NCBI GenBank assembly: GCA_963695335.1
Contig: OY968764.1
Span: 352,001 to 416,000, forward strand
Length of the DNA: 64,000 bases
From: an uncultured bacterium
GTDB taxonomy: Bacteria; Babelota; Babeliae; Babelales; Vermiphilaceae
Direction: 5' to 3'
Shown here: positions 47,746 through 57,692 of the stretch, one piece after another
Layout of the letters: the number at the start of each line of letters is the position of its first letter
How positions within the stretch are numbered: the first letter of the stretch is position 1
The notes under the pieces: generated by a model
Database searches by the model: none
Told to the model about the DNA's origin: nothing
Seen by the model: the letters and a program-made list of their open reading frames with translations, nothing else
Translations under genes and position numbers: made by a program

Positions 47746-49074
47746 ATGATAGATTTTGAACAAGAAGCGTTGCATCGTCAGAAATCAATGGTTTCAATTA
47801 AAGTGATTGGTGTTGGTGGCGCCGGGGGGAATGCTGTTAACAGCATCATAGAATCAGGCTGTCAGGGAATTGGATTTATTGTTGCAAATACAGATGCGCA
47901 AGCTTTGGAGTTTTCAAAAGCGCAACACAAAATTCAAATCGGTGTTAAGTCCACAAAAGGGTTAGGGGCGGGGGCGAATCCAGAAACTGGAAAACGTGCT
48001 GCAGAAGAAGACCTTGATAAAGTGATGGATGCTCTTGATGGAGCAGACATCGTTTTTGTTGTTGCAGGAATGGGTGGTGGAACTGGATCAGGTGCAACAC
48101 CAGTCATTGCCAAAGCATTACGTGATAAAGGCGTTTTATCAATAGCAATAGTCATTCGACCATTTATGATAGAAGGTAAGCGCCGTGCAGCAACAGCAGA
48201 AGAAGCAATTCAAAAACTGAAACAAGATGTGGATGCATTGATTATTGTACCAAATGAAAAGTTGCTCGAAGTTGTTGATGAGCAAGTTTCTATGAAAGAT
48301 GCATTTGCAATGATCAATGATGGTATTTTAAGCCAATCAGTGCGCGGATTATCTGATATTATTACACGTCCAGGGCACATCAATGTTGATTACGCTGATA
48401 TTCGCACCATTATGAAAGATCGTGGTCTTGCTGTTATGGGAACTGGTAAAGCATCAGGAAAAGGGCGTGCGCACAGTGCTGCTGTCAAAGCAATATCATC
48501 TCCATTGTTAGAAAACATGAGTGTTGTTGGTGCACGTGGCGTGCTTTGCAATATTACCGGTGGTAAAGATTTGGGTCTTCGTGAAATTAGTGAAGCTGCA
48601 TCTGTGGTATATGAACAAGCTCATGAAGATGCAAATATTATCATCGGTTCGGTCATTGATGAAAATTTAAAAGATGAAGTTATTGTAACAATTATTGCAA
48701 CTGACTTTGAAAGACAAGATGCGCAACATGTACAAGAAGTAAAAGAAGAACCTGTGATTGAATTTGTTGCACAACACGAAGAAGTTGCGCATGTTTGCCT
48801 GTCCGCCGTAGCCTCGGCGAAGGAGGATGCTGCGCCGGTGATAGAAGAACCAATTATTGAACCTCTTCCATTGCAAATGGATATGGACCTGTCCGCCCCT
48901 TCGACAGAGCTCAGGATAAACTCCACCTTGGCGAAGGAGGAGGCAAAAGAAGAAGATATGCAAGATTTTATGAAAAAAAGTCATGCAGATTTTTTTGAAC
49001 AAGCCGACAACACATTTGGCGGTGCAGTAGATTCCAAAGACTTGGATGTACCGACGTTTATGCGTCAAAAATAG
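47746..49074 (+). CDS. ftsZ: Cell division protein FtsZ
   Basis: GVGGAGGNA, NTDAQAL, GMGGGTGSG, C-terminal DVPTFMR. Confidence 0.98.
   Translation: MIDFEQEALHRQKSMVSIKVIGVGGAGGNAVNSIIESGCQGIGFIVANTDAQALEFSKAQHKIQIGVKSTKGLGAGANPETGKRAAEEDLDKVMDALDGADIVFVVAGMGGGTGSGATPVIAKALRDKGVLSIAIVIRPFMIEGKRRAATAEEAIQKLKQDVDALIIVPNEKLLEVVDEQVSMKDAFAMINDGILSQSVRGLSDIITRPGHINVDYADIRTIMKDRGLAVMGTGKASGKGRAHSAAVKAISSPLLENMSVVGARGVLCNITGGKDLGLREISEAASVVYEQAHEDANIIIGSVIDENLKDEVIVTIIATDFERQDAQHVQEVKEEPVIEFVAQHEEVAHVCLSAVASAKEDAAPVIEEPIIEPLPLQMDMDLSAPSTELRINSTLAKEEAKEEDMQDFMKKSHADFFEQADNTFGGAVDSKDLDVPTFMRQK
48798..48827. repeat. Family B element in frame in the FtsZ linker (LSAVASAKED)
   Basis: CCTGTCCGCCGTAGCCTCGGCGAAGGAGGA. 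Confidence 0.85.
48888..48941. repeat. Family B element with an A fragment nested, in frame in the FtsZ linker (LSAPSTELRINSTLAKEE)
   Basis: CCTGTCCGCC[CCTTCGACAGAGCTCAGGATAAACTCCA]CCTTGGCGAAGGAGGA. Confidence 0.85.
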
Positions 49075-49084
49075 AAGTGTGGAA

Positions 49085-49122
49085 AAAATAGCGCTTACAA
49101 TTTTTTAGTAAGCGCTATTTTT
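49085..49122. terminator. Bidirectional terminator after ftsZ
   Basis: AAAAATAGCGCTTAC...GTAAGCGCTATTTTT. Confidence 0.8.
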
Positions 49123-49162
49123 GAATGTCTTAGAGATAATTATTGAAATATTTTTTATCAAG

Positions 49163-49453
49163 TTATTCATATATTGCGGCATGAATTTCTTGTATAGTAT
49201 ATGGTCGATTTCCATAAAGTATTTGTTTACATGCTTTCAGTTGTGCTTGTGTTTCTTTTATACTTTCTAAAGAATTGTGTTTTGGATCTAAATAAGCACC
49301 TTCCGTATATCTGATAGCTTCCTTAAGTTCGTTTTTGTCTTCCTGACTTAAGTAAGGATTTTCTCTTCTTTCCATTGCAGTCACTTGAATTGATGCAAAC
49401 GACGTTATTGTCAGGACTATGCCTGTAATGAGTAAGTTTTTTGTACTTTTCAT
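49163..49453 (-). CDS. Small exported protein, 'YGN' family
   Basis: Mature part nearly identical to 49879-50169. Confidence 0.8.
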   Translation of the reverse strand: MKSTKNLLITGIVLTITSFASIQVTAMERRENPYLSQEDKNELKEAIRYTEGAYLDPKHNSLESIKETQAQLKACKQILYGNRPYTIQEIHAAIYE

Positions 49454-49463
49454 GAAAATTCCT

Positions 49464-49805
49464 TTAAATACTTGGGTAAATTATATTTGATATTTCATTA
49501 TCGGTATAAGCTCTGTTGCCATAATATATTTCTTTTATGCGTTCAACGCGTTGTTTTTCTGATTGTATTTTTTGATTAAACACTACTTTGTTTCGTAAAG
49601 ATTCTGAAGCTGCTCCTTGCCCTTGGCTGAATAGTTGTATTCCTTGTGCTGCAGCTGCGACAGCGAGTTCAAGATCATGTTTTTGCTTATTGCTTAGGTA
49701 AGGATTTACCGATTTATTCAGTTCCATTGCAGATATTTGAACCGATGCAAATAACGTGATTGCAAGAGCTACGCCTGTAATAAGTAAGTTTTTTGTATTT
49801 TTCAT
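49464..49805 (-). CDS. Small exported protein, 'YGN' family
   Basis: Start MKNTKNLL at 49805 with AGGAG RBS. NPYLS, YYGNRAY. Confidence 0.8.
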   Translation of the reverse strand: MKNTKNLLITGVALAITLFASVQISAMELNKSVNPYLSNKQKHDLELAVAAAAQGIQLFSQGQGAASESLRNKVVFNQKIQSEKQRVERIKEIYYGNRAYTDNEISNIIYPSI

Positions 49806-49878
49806 AAAAACACTCCTTTTTTTAACAAGTGTTATTTTTAATGCCTTAGAGATAATTATTGAAATATTTTTTATCAAG

Positions 49879-50169
49879 TTATTCATATATTGCGGCATGA
49901 ATCTCTTGTATAGTATATGGTCGATTTCCATAAAGTATTTGTTTACATGCTTTAAGTTGTGCTTGTGTTTCTTTTATACTTTCTAAAGAATTGTGTTTTG
50001 GATCTAAATAAGCACCTTCCGTATATCTGATAGCTTCCTTAAGTTCGTTTTTGTTTTCCTGACTTAAGTAAGGATTTTCTCTTCTTGCCATTGCAGTTAC
50101 CTGAACTGACGAAAATAATGTGATTGCCAGGGCTATGCCTGTAATAAGTAAGTTTTTTGTGTTTTTCAT
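49879..50169 (-). CDS. Small exported protein, 'YGN' family
   Basis: Duplicate of 49163-49453. Confidence 0.8.
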   Translation of the reverse strand: MKNTKNLLITGIALAITLFSSVQVTAMARRENPYLSQENKNELKEAIRYTEGAYLDPKHNSLESIKETQAQLKACKQILYGNRPYTIQEIHAAIYE

Positions 50170-50460
50170 GAAACACTCCTTTTTTTGAGATTAATACGAT
50201 ATCTATCACTTATAACTTTACCTTATCTGAATTCAGTTTGTAAATAATTTTAATAAAGTAGCGTTAAAAAGGGTGTTTTCTTGTTCCTTATGACTTTTTT
50301 GGTTTGTAATGATTGTAAAATTGCGAATCCAATTCGCAAATTTACAAAAAGGTGCCAAAATGAGCTACTAGAGTATAAAACTGAATTTGTAAACGACTGT
50401 TTTGGGGTGGAAGGCGGCGGGGGAGTTGATTAAGGAATTGGAAAATAAGTGATTTTAATA

Positions 50461-50492
50461 AAATAGCGCTTACTGAAAGTTGTAAGCGCTAT
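50461..50492. terminator. Terminator hairpin, similar to 49085-49122
   Basis: AATAGCGCTTAC...GTAAGCGCTATT. Confidence 0.7.
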
Positions 50493-50503
50493 TGATTTTT
50501 CAG

Positions 50504-50803
50504 TTATTGATAAAAAGCGGCATACCGTACGTCAGCTTCGTCATAAGCTTCATTGCCGTAATACATTTTTTCAAAACGTTTAAGTTTTTGTTGTGCTTCT
50601 TTGAGTTCTTCGGGTGTGTAAACAAATCCGGATTTTGGATCTAGCTGTTGTGTTTGGGCCCCAATATGTCGTTCAAGTGCTCTTTTTGCACCCGGAGTTA
50701 AATTAGGATTTACTCTTGATGCCATTGCAGTCACTTGAACTGATGCAAACAATGCAGTCGCCAGGACTATGCCTGTAATGAGTAAGTTTTTGGTGTTTTT
50801 CAT
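50504..50803 (-). CDS. Small exported protein, 'YGN' family
   Basis: MKNTKNLL, NPNLT, YYGNEAY. Confidence 0.8.
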   Translation of the reverse strand: MKNTKNLLITGIVLATALFASVQVTAMASRVNPNLTPGAKRALERHIGAQTQQLDPKSGFVYTPEELKEAQQKLKRFEKMYYGNEAYDEADVRYAAFYQ

Positions 50804-51038
50804 GAAACACTCCTTTTTTTGAGAATAATACGATATCTATCACTTATCAGTTTACCCCCACCAATTTCAAGTTGTCAATAATGTGATGGTAAAAAGAGCT
50901 CATAAAATGGGAATGTTTGTTGCAGATGGGTGTATTTTATTCTATTTGTCATGATCAAATTAGGGGCTTTTTACGGCGATTAAGGGTTGTGGTATGCTTA
51001 CTTATGTAAGAACTTGGCCTTATACGAAAGAGATTATT

Positions 51039-52160
51039 ATGATGAAAAGACAAAAAAGTACACTGCTAGCGGGACTTATGATTGCATCGCTGATGTGCAG
51101 TAATGCAACGGTAAAAGCTGGCAATTCTGATGGTTTTGTGACCGGGATGTGCGCCGTGGGTGCAGCGGTTGCTGGGATTGTAGGGGCTGTGGCATTGGCT
51201 GATTGGTGTTTTTCTGAGACTGATGAGCAGATGATTGAGCGTATCGATGCTCAATGCCGTGAAATTATTGCAAGGTATCAAGAAGATATACAGTATATGA
51301 ATCGCTTGATGAGAACATATGATATTTCTGAATCAGCTTTGCATGAATTTGCTACGTATGTGTGGAATAAGAATGTAACGCAACGTGATTATCGTTCAGC
51401 TATTTGGAAGGCAAAAGATAGTTTGCATACATCTGTTCAAACGTTGCGTAAACGAGTGAATAAGCTTGCGAGTAAGCATTTGAATTACGATGATCAACAA
51501 ATTTTACGCAGAATGCGTCAATTATTAAATAATGCAGAAGAGCTGTTAACGCGTATGAGCCGTTTTACAGATATTTTAGAATCTCACAAAACGTATTTTG
51601 ATCTGTATGATGTTATTGATGTTGTACGTTCAAAATATTTCCAAGAGATTAGCATCCTTGAATCACGATCATTTACAACAGAGACTGAAATTAAACGTTC
51701 TATTTTAAATCGTGATCATGGTCAGTATGCATTCCGTACATTTGTGATTAAGATTAAGTCTGATATTAGTGATTTAGAATCAAAAGTACGTTCACTTAAA
51801 CATGGGTATGATGCTAAAAGGCAATATGCACAGATGTTAGTGAATTATCTTATGACGGTAAAAAGCATCGTGGTAAACGATCCTCGTTATCAACAAGAAT
51901 TGTATGAATGGGAACAAGCAGAATTGCAACGTCAGCGCATAGAGATTGAAAAAGCACGTGCAAGGGCGGAACAAGACCGTGCATGGGCCGAGCGTAATCG
52001 TGCGTGGGCTGAACAAAAAAAAGCTGATGCAATGCGTGAGCAAAATAGAATTGCTGCAGAACGTAACAGAATAGAAAGAGATAGATTATGGCAAGAGCGT
52101 CAGCAACATCAGTGTAATGATAACATTGATGTGAATGTGAATATTGAATTTGTTATATAA
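51039..52160 (+). CDS. Hypothetical exported/membrane-anchored coiled-coil protein
   Basis: Likely start MMKRQK. Signal plus TM, then repeated RAWAE/ERNR helices. Confidence 0.7.
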   Translation: MMKRQKSTLLAGLMIASLMCSNATVKAGNSDGFVTGMCAVGAAVAGIVGAVALADWCFSETDEQMIERIDAQCREIIARYQEDIQYMNRLMRTYDISESALHEFATYVWNKNVTQRDYRSAIWKAKDSLHTSVQTLRKRVNKLASKHLNYDDQQILRRMRQLLNNAEELLTRMSRFTDILESHKTYFDLYDVIDVVRSKYFQEISILESRSFTTETEIKRSILNRDHGQYAFRTFVIKIKSDISDLESKVRSLKHGYDAKRQYAQMLVNYLMTVKSIVVNDPRYQQELYEWEQAELQRQRIEIEKARARAEQDRAWAERNRAWAEQKKADAMREQNRIAAERNRIERDRLWQERQQHQCNDNIDVNVNIEFVI

Positions 52161-52164
52161 TTAT

Positions 52165-52305
52165 GCGCTCAAACCCTTCGATACACCCCTAACGGGGCAC
52201 TCAGGGCGAGCGGAGTAAGAAGTTACAAGTATTTTATTTTTCTCTTCCGCTCATCCTGAGTGTTTTTTGTCTTCAAAAAATGTATCGAAGGATCGGAGCG
52301 AGCGG
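52165..52305. repeat. Family A doublet
   Basis: CCTTCGATACA...CACTCAGGGCGAGCGGA / TCCGCTCATCCTGAGTG...TGTATCGAAGG. Confidence 0.85.
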
Positions 52306-52381
52306 GGGGATGGATGCAGATGATTAGTGGAGGACCGAATGATCGGTCCTCTTTTTTTTGATAATACTTTGCTTCTTTCAT

Positions 52382-52414
52382 ACCCAAATATTCACTACGT
52401 TTCTATTGGGGCCC
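52382..52414. repeat. Degenerate family C-like element
   Basis: ACCCAAATATTCACTACGTTTCTATTGGGGCCC, similar to 57537-57570. Confidence 0.5.
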
Positions 52415-52506
52415 ATGTAAGAAAGATTAAAATTAATATGCAAATTTACGCTTCTTTGGTACCTTTATCTGCATATTATGTTTAACATCGTTAGAAGGAG
52501 CAAGGT

Positions 52507-53292
52507 ATGAGTATCAATAAAGTAATGGTATATGTTTTTTGTGTAGTGATGAGTGCAACGGTCTCTGCAATGGAATTGGAAAAATCACAAGATGCAAAAA
52601 GAACACGACCAAAAGATATTCTAAATAGACCTGTAGAAAGTTCGTCCCCTTCATATAGTTTTTCTTTTTCATTGCCAACATTCGCAACCGTTGGTAATGG
52701 TGTGAATTCATTAGTCACCACCATTAACAACTATTGGTACGATGAAGAAGCTTTTAAAAAGTTGGGTTGGCCTACGCATGATAAAATAGCGCAACAAGAA
52801 TTGGCAAATACCCTTGTAATTTATAAGAGAATTAATAGCTATTTTCAAACACGTGAACTGTATGATGATTTAACAGAAGACCGTAGAGCAATTGGTAGAA
52901 GATATGGATATTGTCAACGCGTGTTAGAAGCTTTGCCTCAAATTGCTAAAAGATCTGAAGCTCTTGAATTGGCAACATTCTGCTTAAAGCATCATGGTGA
53001 AGCTATGAATAATTTTGTTAAAAGTGAGTTTTTATTATTTGTAGCGGTGGAAACAAACAAATCAACACAAGAAGTACAAAAAGCTGATTCAGAAGTAGCA
53101 CAATTAAAAATAGTTCCTGAGGGTAATGAACTTTTGAATAATTTGTTTTTACAAACAGCTCGAGAAACATTAAAAAAAGAAGAAGAAGAAAAAAAGCGCA
53201 AAGAGAAAGAAGAACAAGAGAGACTAGAAAAAGAAGAGAAAAAGCGAAAAGAAAAAAAAGAAGAAAGTAAAAAAAATAATGGTAACAAATGA
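52507..53292 (+). CDS. Hypothetical exported protein with a Lys/Glu-rich tail
   Basis: Signal peptide ending VSA-ME. KE-rich C-terminus. Stop overlaps the gpmI start. Confidence 0.75.
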   Translation: MSINKVMVYVFCVVMSATVSAMELEKSQDAKRTRPKDILNRPVESSSPSYSFSFSLPTFATVGNGVNSLVTTINNYWYDEEAFKKLGWPTHDKIAQQELANTLVIYKRINSYFQTRELYDDLTEDRRAIGRRYGYCQRVLEALPQIAKRSEALELATFCLKHHGEAMNNFVKSEFLLFVAVETNKSTQEVQKADSEVAQLKIVPEGNELLNNLFLQTARETLKKEEEEKKRKEKEEQERLEKEEKKRKEKKEESKKNNGNK

Positions 53293-54815
53293 AGCATCCA
53301 GTAGCACTTATCATTCTTGATGGTTTTGGGTACTCACCAAATACAAAATTTAATGCTATTGCTCAGGCGGACATGCCACATTTTAATCAGTGGTGGCAGC
53401 ACTATCCACATGCGCTTTTAAAAGCAGCAGGAACAGCAGTCGGTTTGCCTGATAATTGGATTGGTAATTCTGAAGTTGGGCATTTGACAATTGGTGCGGG
53501 ACGTATTATCAAGCAGCCAATGACTGTGTGGATGGAACGTATTATTAATGGTTCTTTTGCACACAACAAAACGTTGCTTACAGGTTTTGAAAAATTAAAA
53601 AAAGTTGGCGGCACGTTGCATATTATCGGATTACTTTCTGATGCTGGTGTGCATGCACATGAAGCGCAAATCTATGCATCAATTGCAGCAGCGGTTGATG
53701 CAGGTGTAAAACAAATTGTTGTGCATCCTATTTTGGACGGACGTGATGTTGCACCGCGATCAGCCTATACATATTTAGAACAGTTAACGCGGTTTGTTAA
53801 ACATTGTAATTACAATGGTAACAAGCCGCGTGTTATTATTGGTTCAATTCAGGGCCGTTTTTATGCAATGGACCGTGATAATAATTGGGATCGTGTAGAA
53901 AAAAGTTATCGCATACTCACAGAGCTTCAAAAAGATCCTTATGAGCCATGGGAAAAACTGCTTGAACACAATTACATGCACAATATTACTGATGAATTTA
54001 TTCCACCAACGCAACTTGATGCTGCAGGAGAAATACATAATGGTGATGGTATTTTATTTTGTAATGTTCGTCCTGATCGCGCGCGTGAATTGACAATGGC
54101 ATTTGTGCAAAAAGATTTCACTGCATTTGTGCGTAAACCACTCAATCTTACTTTTTTTATGACGCCTGTTGCATATGATACACATCTTTCAACAATGATA
54201 TTATTCCCAAGAGAACCTGTGCACAATACATTAAAAGATATTCTTGCACAGCATAATAAAACAATTTTTTCTATTGCTGAGACAGAAAAATATGCTCATG
54301 TTACGTATTTTTTTAGAGGGGAAAATGAGGAACCTGTTGCAACAGAAACGCGAGAGATGATTCCATCTATTGTTGCGAAAAATTATATTGATTATCCAAA
54401 AATGTCAGCGGAATTAATCACCGATTCGGTGATTAATTCCCTTAAAAATGATGCAAAGGATTTTTATTTAATTAATTATGCCAATGCAGATATGGTTGGC
54501 CATTCTGGTGATTTTGATGCAACGGTCAAAGCCATTGAGTGTTTAGATACACAGTTGCAAAGGCTGTATGAAGTTGTTGTGCAAAAAATGGGTGGAACAT
54601 TGTATATCACCGCAGATCATGGCAAAGCAGAACAGATGTGGGATGACAATTTACAGCAACCTTGCACTGCGCATACCAATAATCCTGTTCCATTTCTTAT
54701 GATAAATAACGCATCAAATAACTCTGACCAATTACCGCTTAATGAGCTCTCTGATATTGCACCATTTATTTTGCAAAATATGGGTTTGCAGGTGCCAGTT
54801 GAGATGAAAAAATAA
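53289..54815 (+). CDS. gpmI: 2,3-bisphosphoglycerate-independent phosphoglycerate mutase
   Basis: LIILDGFG, GNSEVGH, GRFYAMDRD, ETEKYAHVT, DMVGH, TADHG. Confidence 0.97.
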   Translation: MKHPVALIILDGFGYSPNTKFNAIAQADMPHFNQWWQHYPHALLKAAGTAVGLPDNWIGNSEVGHLTIGAGRIIKQPMTVWMERIINGSFAHNKTLLTGFEKLKKVGGTLHIIGLLSDAGVHAHEAQIYASIAAAVDAGVKQIVVHPILDGRDVAPRSAYTYLEQLTRFVKHCNYNGNKPRVIIGSIQGRFYAMDRDNNWDRVEKSYRILTELQKDPYEPWEKLLEHNYMHNITDEFIPPTQLDAAGEIHNGDGILFCNVRPDRARELTMAFVQKDFTAFVRKPLNLTFFMTPVAYDTHLSTMILFPREPVHNTLKDILAQHNKTIFSIAETEKYAHVTYFFRGENEEPVATETREMIPSIVAKNYIDYPKMSAELITDSVINSLKNDAKDFYLINYANADMVGHSGDFDATVKAIECLDTQLQRLYEVVVQKMGGTLYITADHGKAEQMWDDNLQQPCTAHTNNPVPFLMINNASNNSDQLPLNELSDIAPFILQNMGLQVPVEMKK

Positions 54816-54845
54816 GATTAAGCTTTAAGAAAGATTCCAAAATGG

Positions 54846-54875
54846 CCTGCCCGCCGTAGCTTTATGCGAAGGAGG
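54846..54875. repeat. Family B element that supplies the C-terminus and stop codon of the GNAT gene
   Basis: CCTGCCCGCCGTAGCTTTATGCGAAGGAGG. The minus strand reads PSFA*. Confidence 0.75.
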
Positions 54876-55428
54876 GCCAGTATTCAAAGAACACATAACC
54901 ATTGTCATCAAACTTCTCTTTAAACCCAAGTTCTTTATAAACTTTCTGTGCAGGAAAATTACTGACGCGTGTCCATAATGCAATGTGCGTTGCACCCAGA
55001 TTAAACATCTGTTTCATTGCGTATTCTGCTAACAATTTACCATATCCTTTACCACGGAACTCATGCGTAACTGCCAAGAAAAGTATTCTACCTTCTTGTG
55101 CGTTTTCCATAAAATATGCAGTGAAACCGGCCAACTTGTTGTCTTGATAAAGAACTTTAATATGCAGTGATCCAAAATGCATAGGATTAGCATCAGGTGT
55201 GCGGTGTTTGATCATAAATGCAGGGGACGATTCTTCACTTGCAAGTAACCAGTACCAATTTTGATGGAAGATATCCATAATTGCTTGTGTGTCACGTGTG
55301 ACATTAAAATCGTAGATTGGGCCTTGAGTAGTTTGTTGGTGTTGTTGGTGAATATAAAGGCTAATTCCGCTACATGTTGCAGCGATGATGCTTATTGATA
55401 AAATTATTTTTTTTGTACGGGTTGTCAT
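54862..55428 (-). CDS. GNAT-family acetyltransferase with an N-terminal membrane anchor
   Basis: LAVTHEFRGKGYGK, NFPAQKVYKELGF. Confidence 0.85.
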   Translation of the reverse strand: MTTRTKKIILSISIIAATCSGISLYIHQQHQQTTQGPIYDFNVTRDTQAIMDIFHQNWYWLLASEESSPAFMIKHRTPDANPMHFGSLHIKVLYQDNKLAGFTAYFMENAQEGRILFLAVTHEFRGKGYGKLLAEYAMKQMFNLGATHIALWTRVSNFPAQKVYKELGFKEKFDDNGYVFFEYWPSFA

Positions 55429-55445
55429 ATTTTTTTATTTGTTTT

Positions 55446-55535
55446 GTGTTCGTTTCCTTCGACAGGCTCAGGACGAACGGGGAAAATAATTCTTTTTTAT
55501 TCCGTTCGTGTTGAGCTTGTCGAAACATACGAACG
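55446..55535. repeat. Family A doublet overlapping the truA 3' end
   Basis: TTCGACAGGCTCAGGACGAACGG ... CCGTTCGTGTTGAGCTTGTCGAA. Encodes TruA tail RSYVSTSSTRTE. Confidence 0.85.
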
Positions 55536-56276
55536 TGAATACCTAATTTTATATAACATTAACCCTTGCGCAGGTGCATTGGGTAATGTATGCCGCGGAT
55601 TACGCGCATTCATAATATCTTGTAATGATTGTAAAGTATGCCCGTTTTTGCAAGCAACCGCTAGAGCTGCCCCAACAATTCTTCTAATCATATGACGTAA
55701 AAATTTTTGCCCTTTAACTGTGATGCGGTACGCTTTATAACGTGGCAGATAATTTAATGTGATGCTATCAATGATGCGAATTGTGTTTTCTCGTTTATCT
55801 TCACTGCTTTTGAATGCACAAAAATCATGCGTACCCACAAAAACTTGTAATGCGTTTTTTAAGATATCAAAATCTATTTTATAGGGATAAAAATAACCGT
55901 ATCGTTGTGTAAACGGTAGCGGGCGTTCAGTAAAAAAGTGATAGTGATATGTTTTTTGTTCAACATTACAAAATGGGTTAAAAGAATCATCAATCAGTTC
56001 CAAAGAACGGATTGTAATATCAGCAGGAAGTGCATTATTCCACGCCCACATCATGCGTTCTGGTGTCAGATTTAAATCTGTCTTGATGCGTGCAACTTGC
56101 CCCAGCGCATGCACTCCTGCATCGGTACGTGATGTGCCAAGTACTTTGATCTCTGTTTTAAAGACGCGTTTAAAAGTTTTATTGAGAGTTGCAGCAATGG
56201 AAGGTTTTTCTGGCAGCGCTTGCCAGCCGAAATAATCTGTACCATCATATGCAATAATTAATTTATAGGTTCTCAT
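55497..56276 (-). CDS. truA: tRNA pseudouridine(38-40) synthase
   Basis: YDGTDYFGWQ, SRTDAGVHA, GTHDF, FLRHMIR, APAQGL. Confidence 0.95.
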   Translation of the reverse strand: MRTYKLIIAYDGTDYFGWQALPEKPSIAATLNKTFKRVFKTEIKVLGTSRTDAGVHALGQVARIKTDLNLTPERMMWAWNNALPADITIRSLELIDDSFNPFCNVEQKTYHYHFFTERPLPFTQRYGYFYPYKIDFDILKNALQVFVGTHDFCAFKSSEDKRENTIRIIDSITLNYLPRYKAYRITVKGQKFLRHMIRRIVGAALAVACKNGHTLQSLQDIMNARNPRHTLPNAPAQGLMLYKIRYSRSYVSTSSTRTE

Positions 56277-56371
56277 ATTTTCAGAATAACATAAAAAAAT
56301 AGGTATGCACAAAAAAAAGCCCTGAATTTCAGGGCTTTTTTATAGTAATTTTGAAAAGATTTATATTTTTC

Positions 56372-56914
56372 TTATTGTTTAGCAAAAAGTCTTTGCATTA
56401 AAGTTTTTTTGTCTACTTTTTGTGTAAGGTCATTTATTTGTTGCTGCATTTTGTCGAGAGTTATCAATGTTTGCATGTTTGTAGGAAAAGTTTTATCAAA
56501 TATTTTTGAATTGATATGCAGATCTAATGTCTGTAAAATCATGTCTAAAATGACTATAGAGACTACACCGAGCAAAACTGCTTTAACGATATCTTCTCTG
56601 AATTTAAGTGAATCTAGCTCTTGTTTCATCATATAAAGGAGCTGATCAATATTATCTTGTTTGATGATATTGGCTAACTCAATAATAGTATAATTGTTTG
56701 TCGTATATGTGTGATAGATTTTCTTTTCAAGCCAGCGTCCAAGACTCAGTGGCCAGTTATTATATTCTACCGTGTCATTATAGTGATTTTTTGCAAATGC
56801 TGAAATCAGTAGCACTTCATCTTTAAGCCCTACAACATCGTATGCAGACGCATTAAAAGAACCAAGGCTTAAGCCGATTGTAGCGATTTGAAACAGTTTT
56901 CTAGCGATAGTCAT
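56372..56914 (-). CDS. Hypothetical exported/membrane protein
   Basis: Signal peptide (ASA), one TM, coiled-coil tail. Confidence 0.65.
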   Translation of the reverse strand: MTIARKLFQIATIGLSLGSFNASAYDVVGLKDEVLLISAFAKNHYNDTVEYNNWPLSLGRWLEKKIYHTYTTNNYTIIELANIIKQDNIDQLLYMMKQELDSLKFREDIVKAVLLGVVSIVILDMILQTLDLHINSKIFDKTFPTNMQTLITLDKMQQQINDLTQKVDKKTLMQRLFAKQ

Positions 56915-57086
56915 TGTGAACCCCTAAACAGATTTGATATATTCTATTATCTTTACTTCGTTTATAAATATATCAAATATATTTCAAAATGTAAATGGGG
57001 GGGGTAAGGCAAAGTAGCGATTGGATCATGAGATTAAAAAAAAGGCCTCGGAATTTCCAAGGCCTTTTGTAATTTATAAAGAGATT

Positions 57087-57518
57087 TTATTGTTGTGCAG
57101 TTGGCGTCGACCATGGGTGCATAAAATAGAAATAAGATGCGATACTCGCGACGATTACAAACGCTGCTGCAGCTTTCATCCTAGTACTTATGCTTGAAAA
57201 GTAACCCGTATTGTTTTCTTTTGGAGTAATTTCTTGTATGTATATTTGTTTGATAGCTTTTGTTTTTTCTGGGAGACTTAGTTTAGGCGATTCAGTTATA
57301 GAGCTCAATAGATCAGTTACATCTGTGCTATGTTTATCGGGTTTGCTAAATATTTTTCTGATCCATGTAGCAATGTTTTTTGGTTCAGATTCTTCTGTTT
57401 CTATTCTATCTAAAGAATTAGCAAACTCTAAGAGTTGTTGAGGTTCAGATGCGCAGAGTTGTGTATCACTTCCGAATATTAGCGCTGTCATTAAAAGTAA
57501 CTTTTTTACGATAGTCAT
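57087..57518 (-). CDS. Hypothetical exported protein with a C-terminal TM anchor
   Basis: Signal peptide, terminal AAAAFVIVASIASYFYF. Confidence 0.65.
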   Translation of the reverse strand: MTIVKKLLLMTALIFGSDTQLCASEPQQLLEFANSLDRIETEESEPKNIATWIRKIFSKPDKHSTDVTDLLSSITESPKLSLPEKTKAIKQIYIQEITPKENNTGYFSSISTRMKAAAAFVIVASIASYFYFMHPWSTPTAQQ

Positions 57519-57536
57519 AATATCCCCTTATTTCTA

Positions 57537-57570
57537 CCCCAATATCACTTCGTTTTTATTGGGGGCCCCT
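57537..57570. repeat. Degenerate family C-like element
   Basis: CCCCAATATCACTTCGTTTTTATTGGGGGCCCC. Confidence 0.55.
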
Positions 57571-57692
57571 ATTAAAAAGAATTAAAGATTACTATTTATT
57601 GTAAGTTTATCTGTTTGGGGTTTAATAAAGCAATAAAAAAGGGTAGTCTTTTTGGACTACCCTTATAAACATCATAAACAAAAGAGCGAAGT

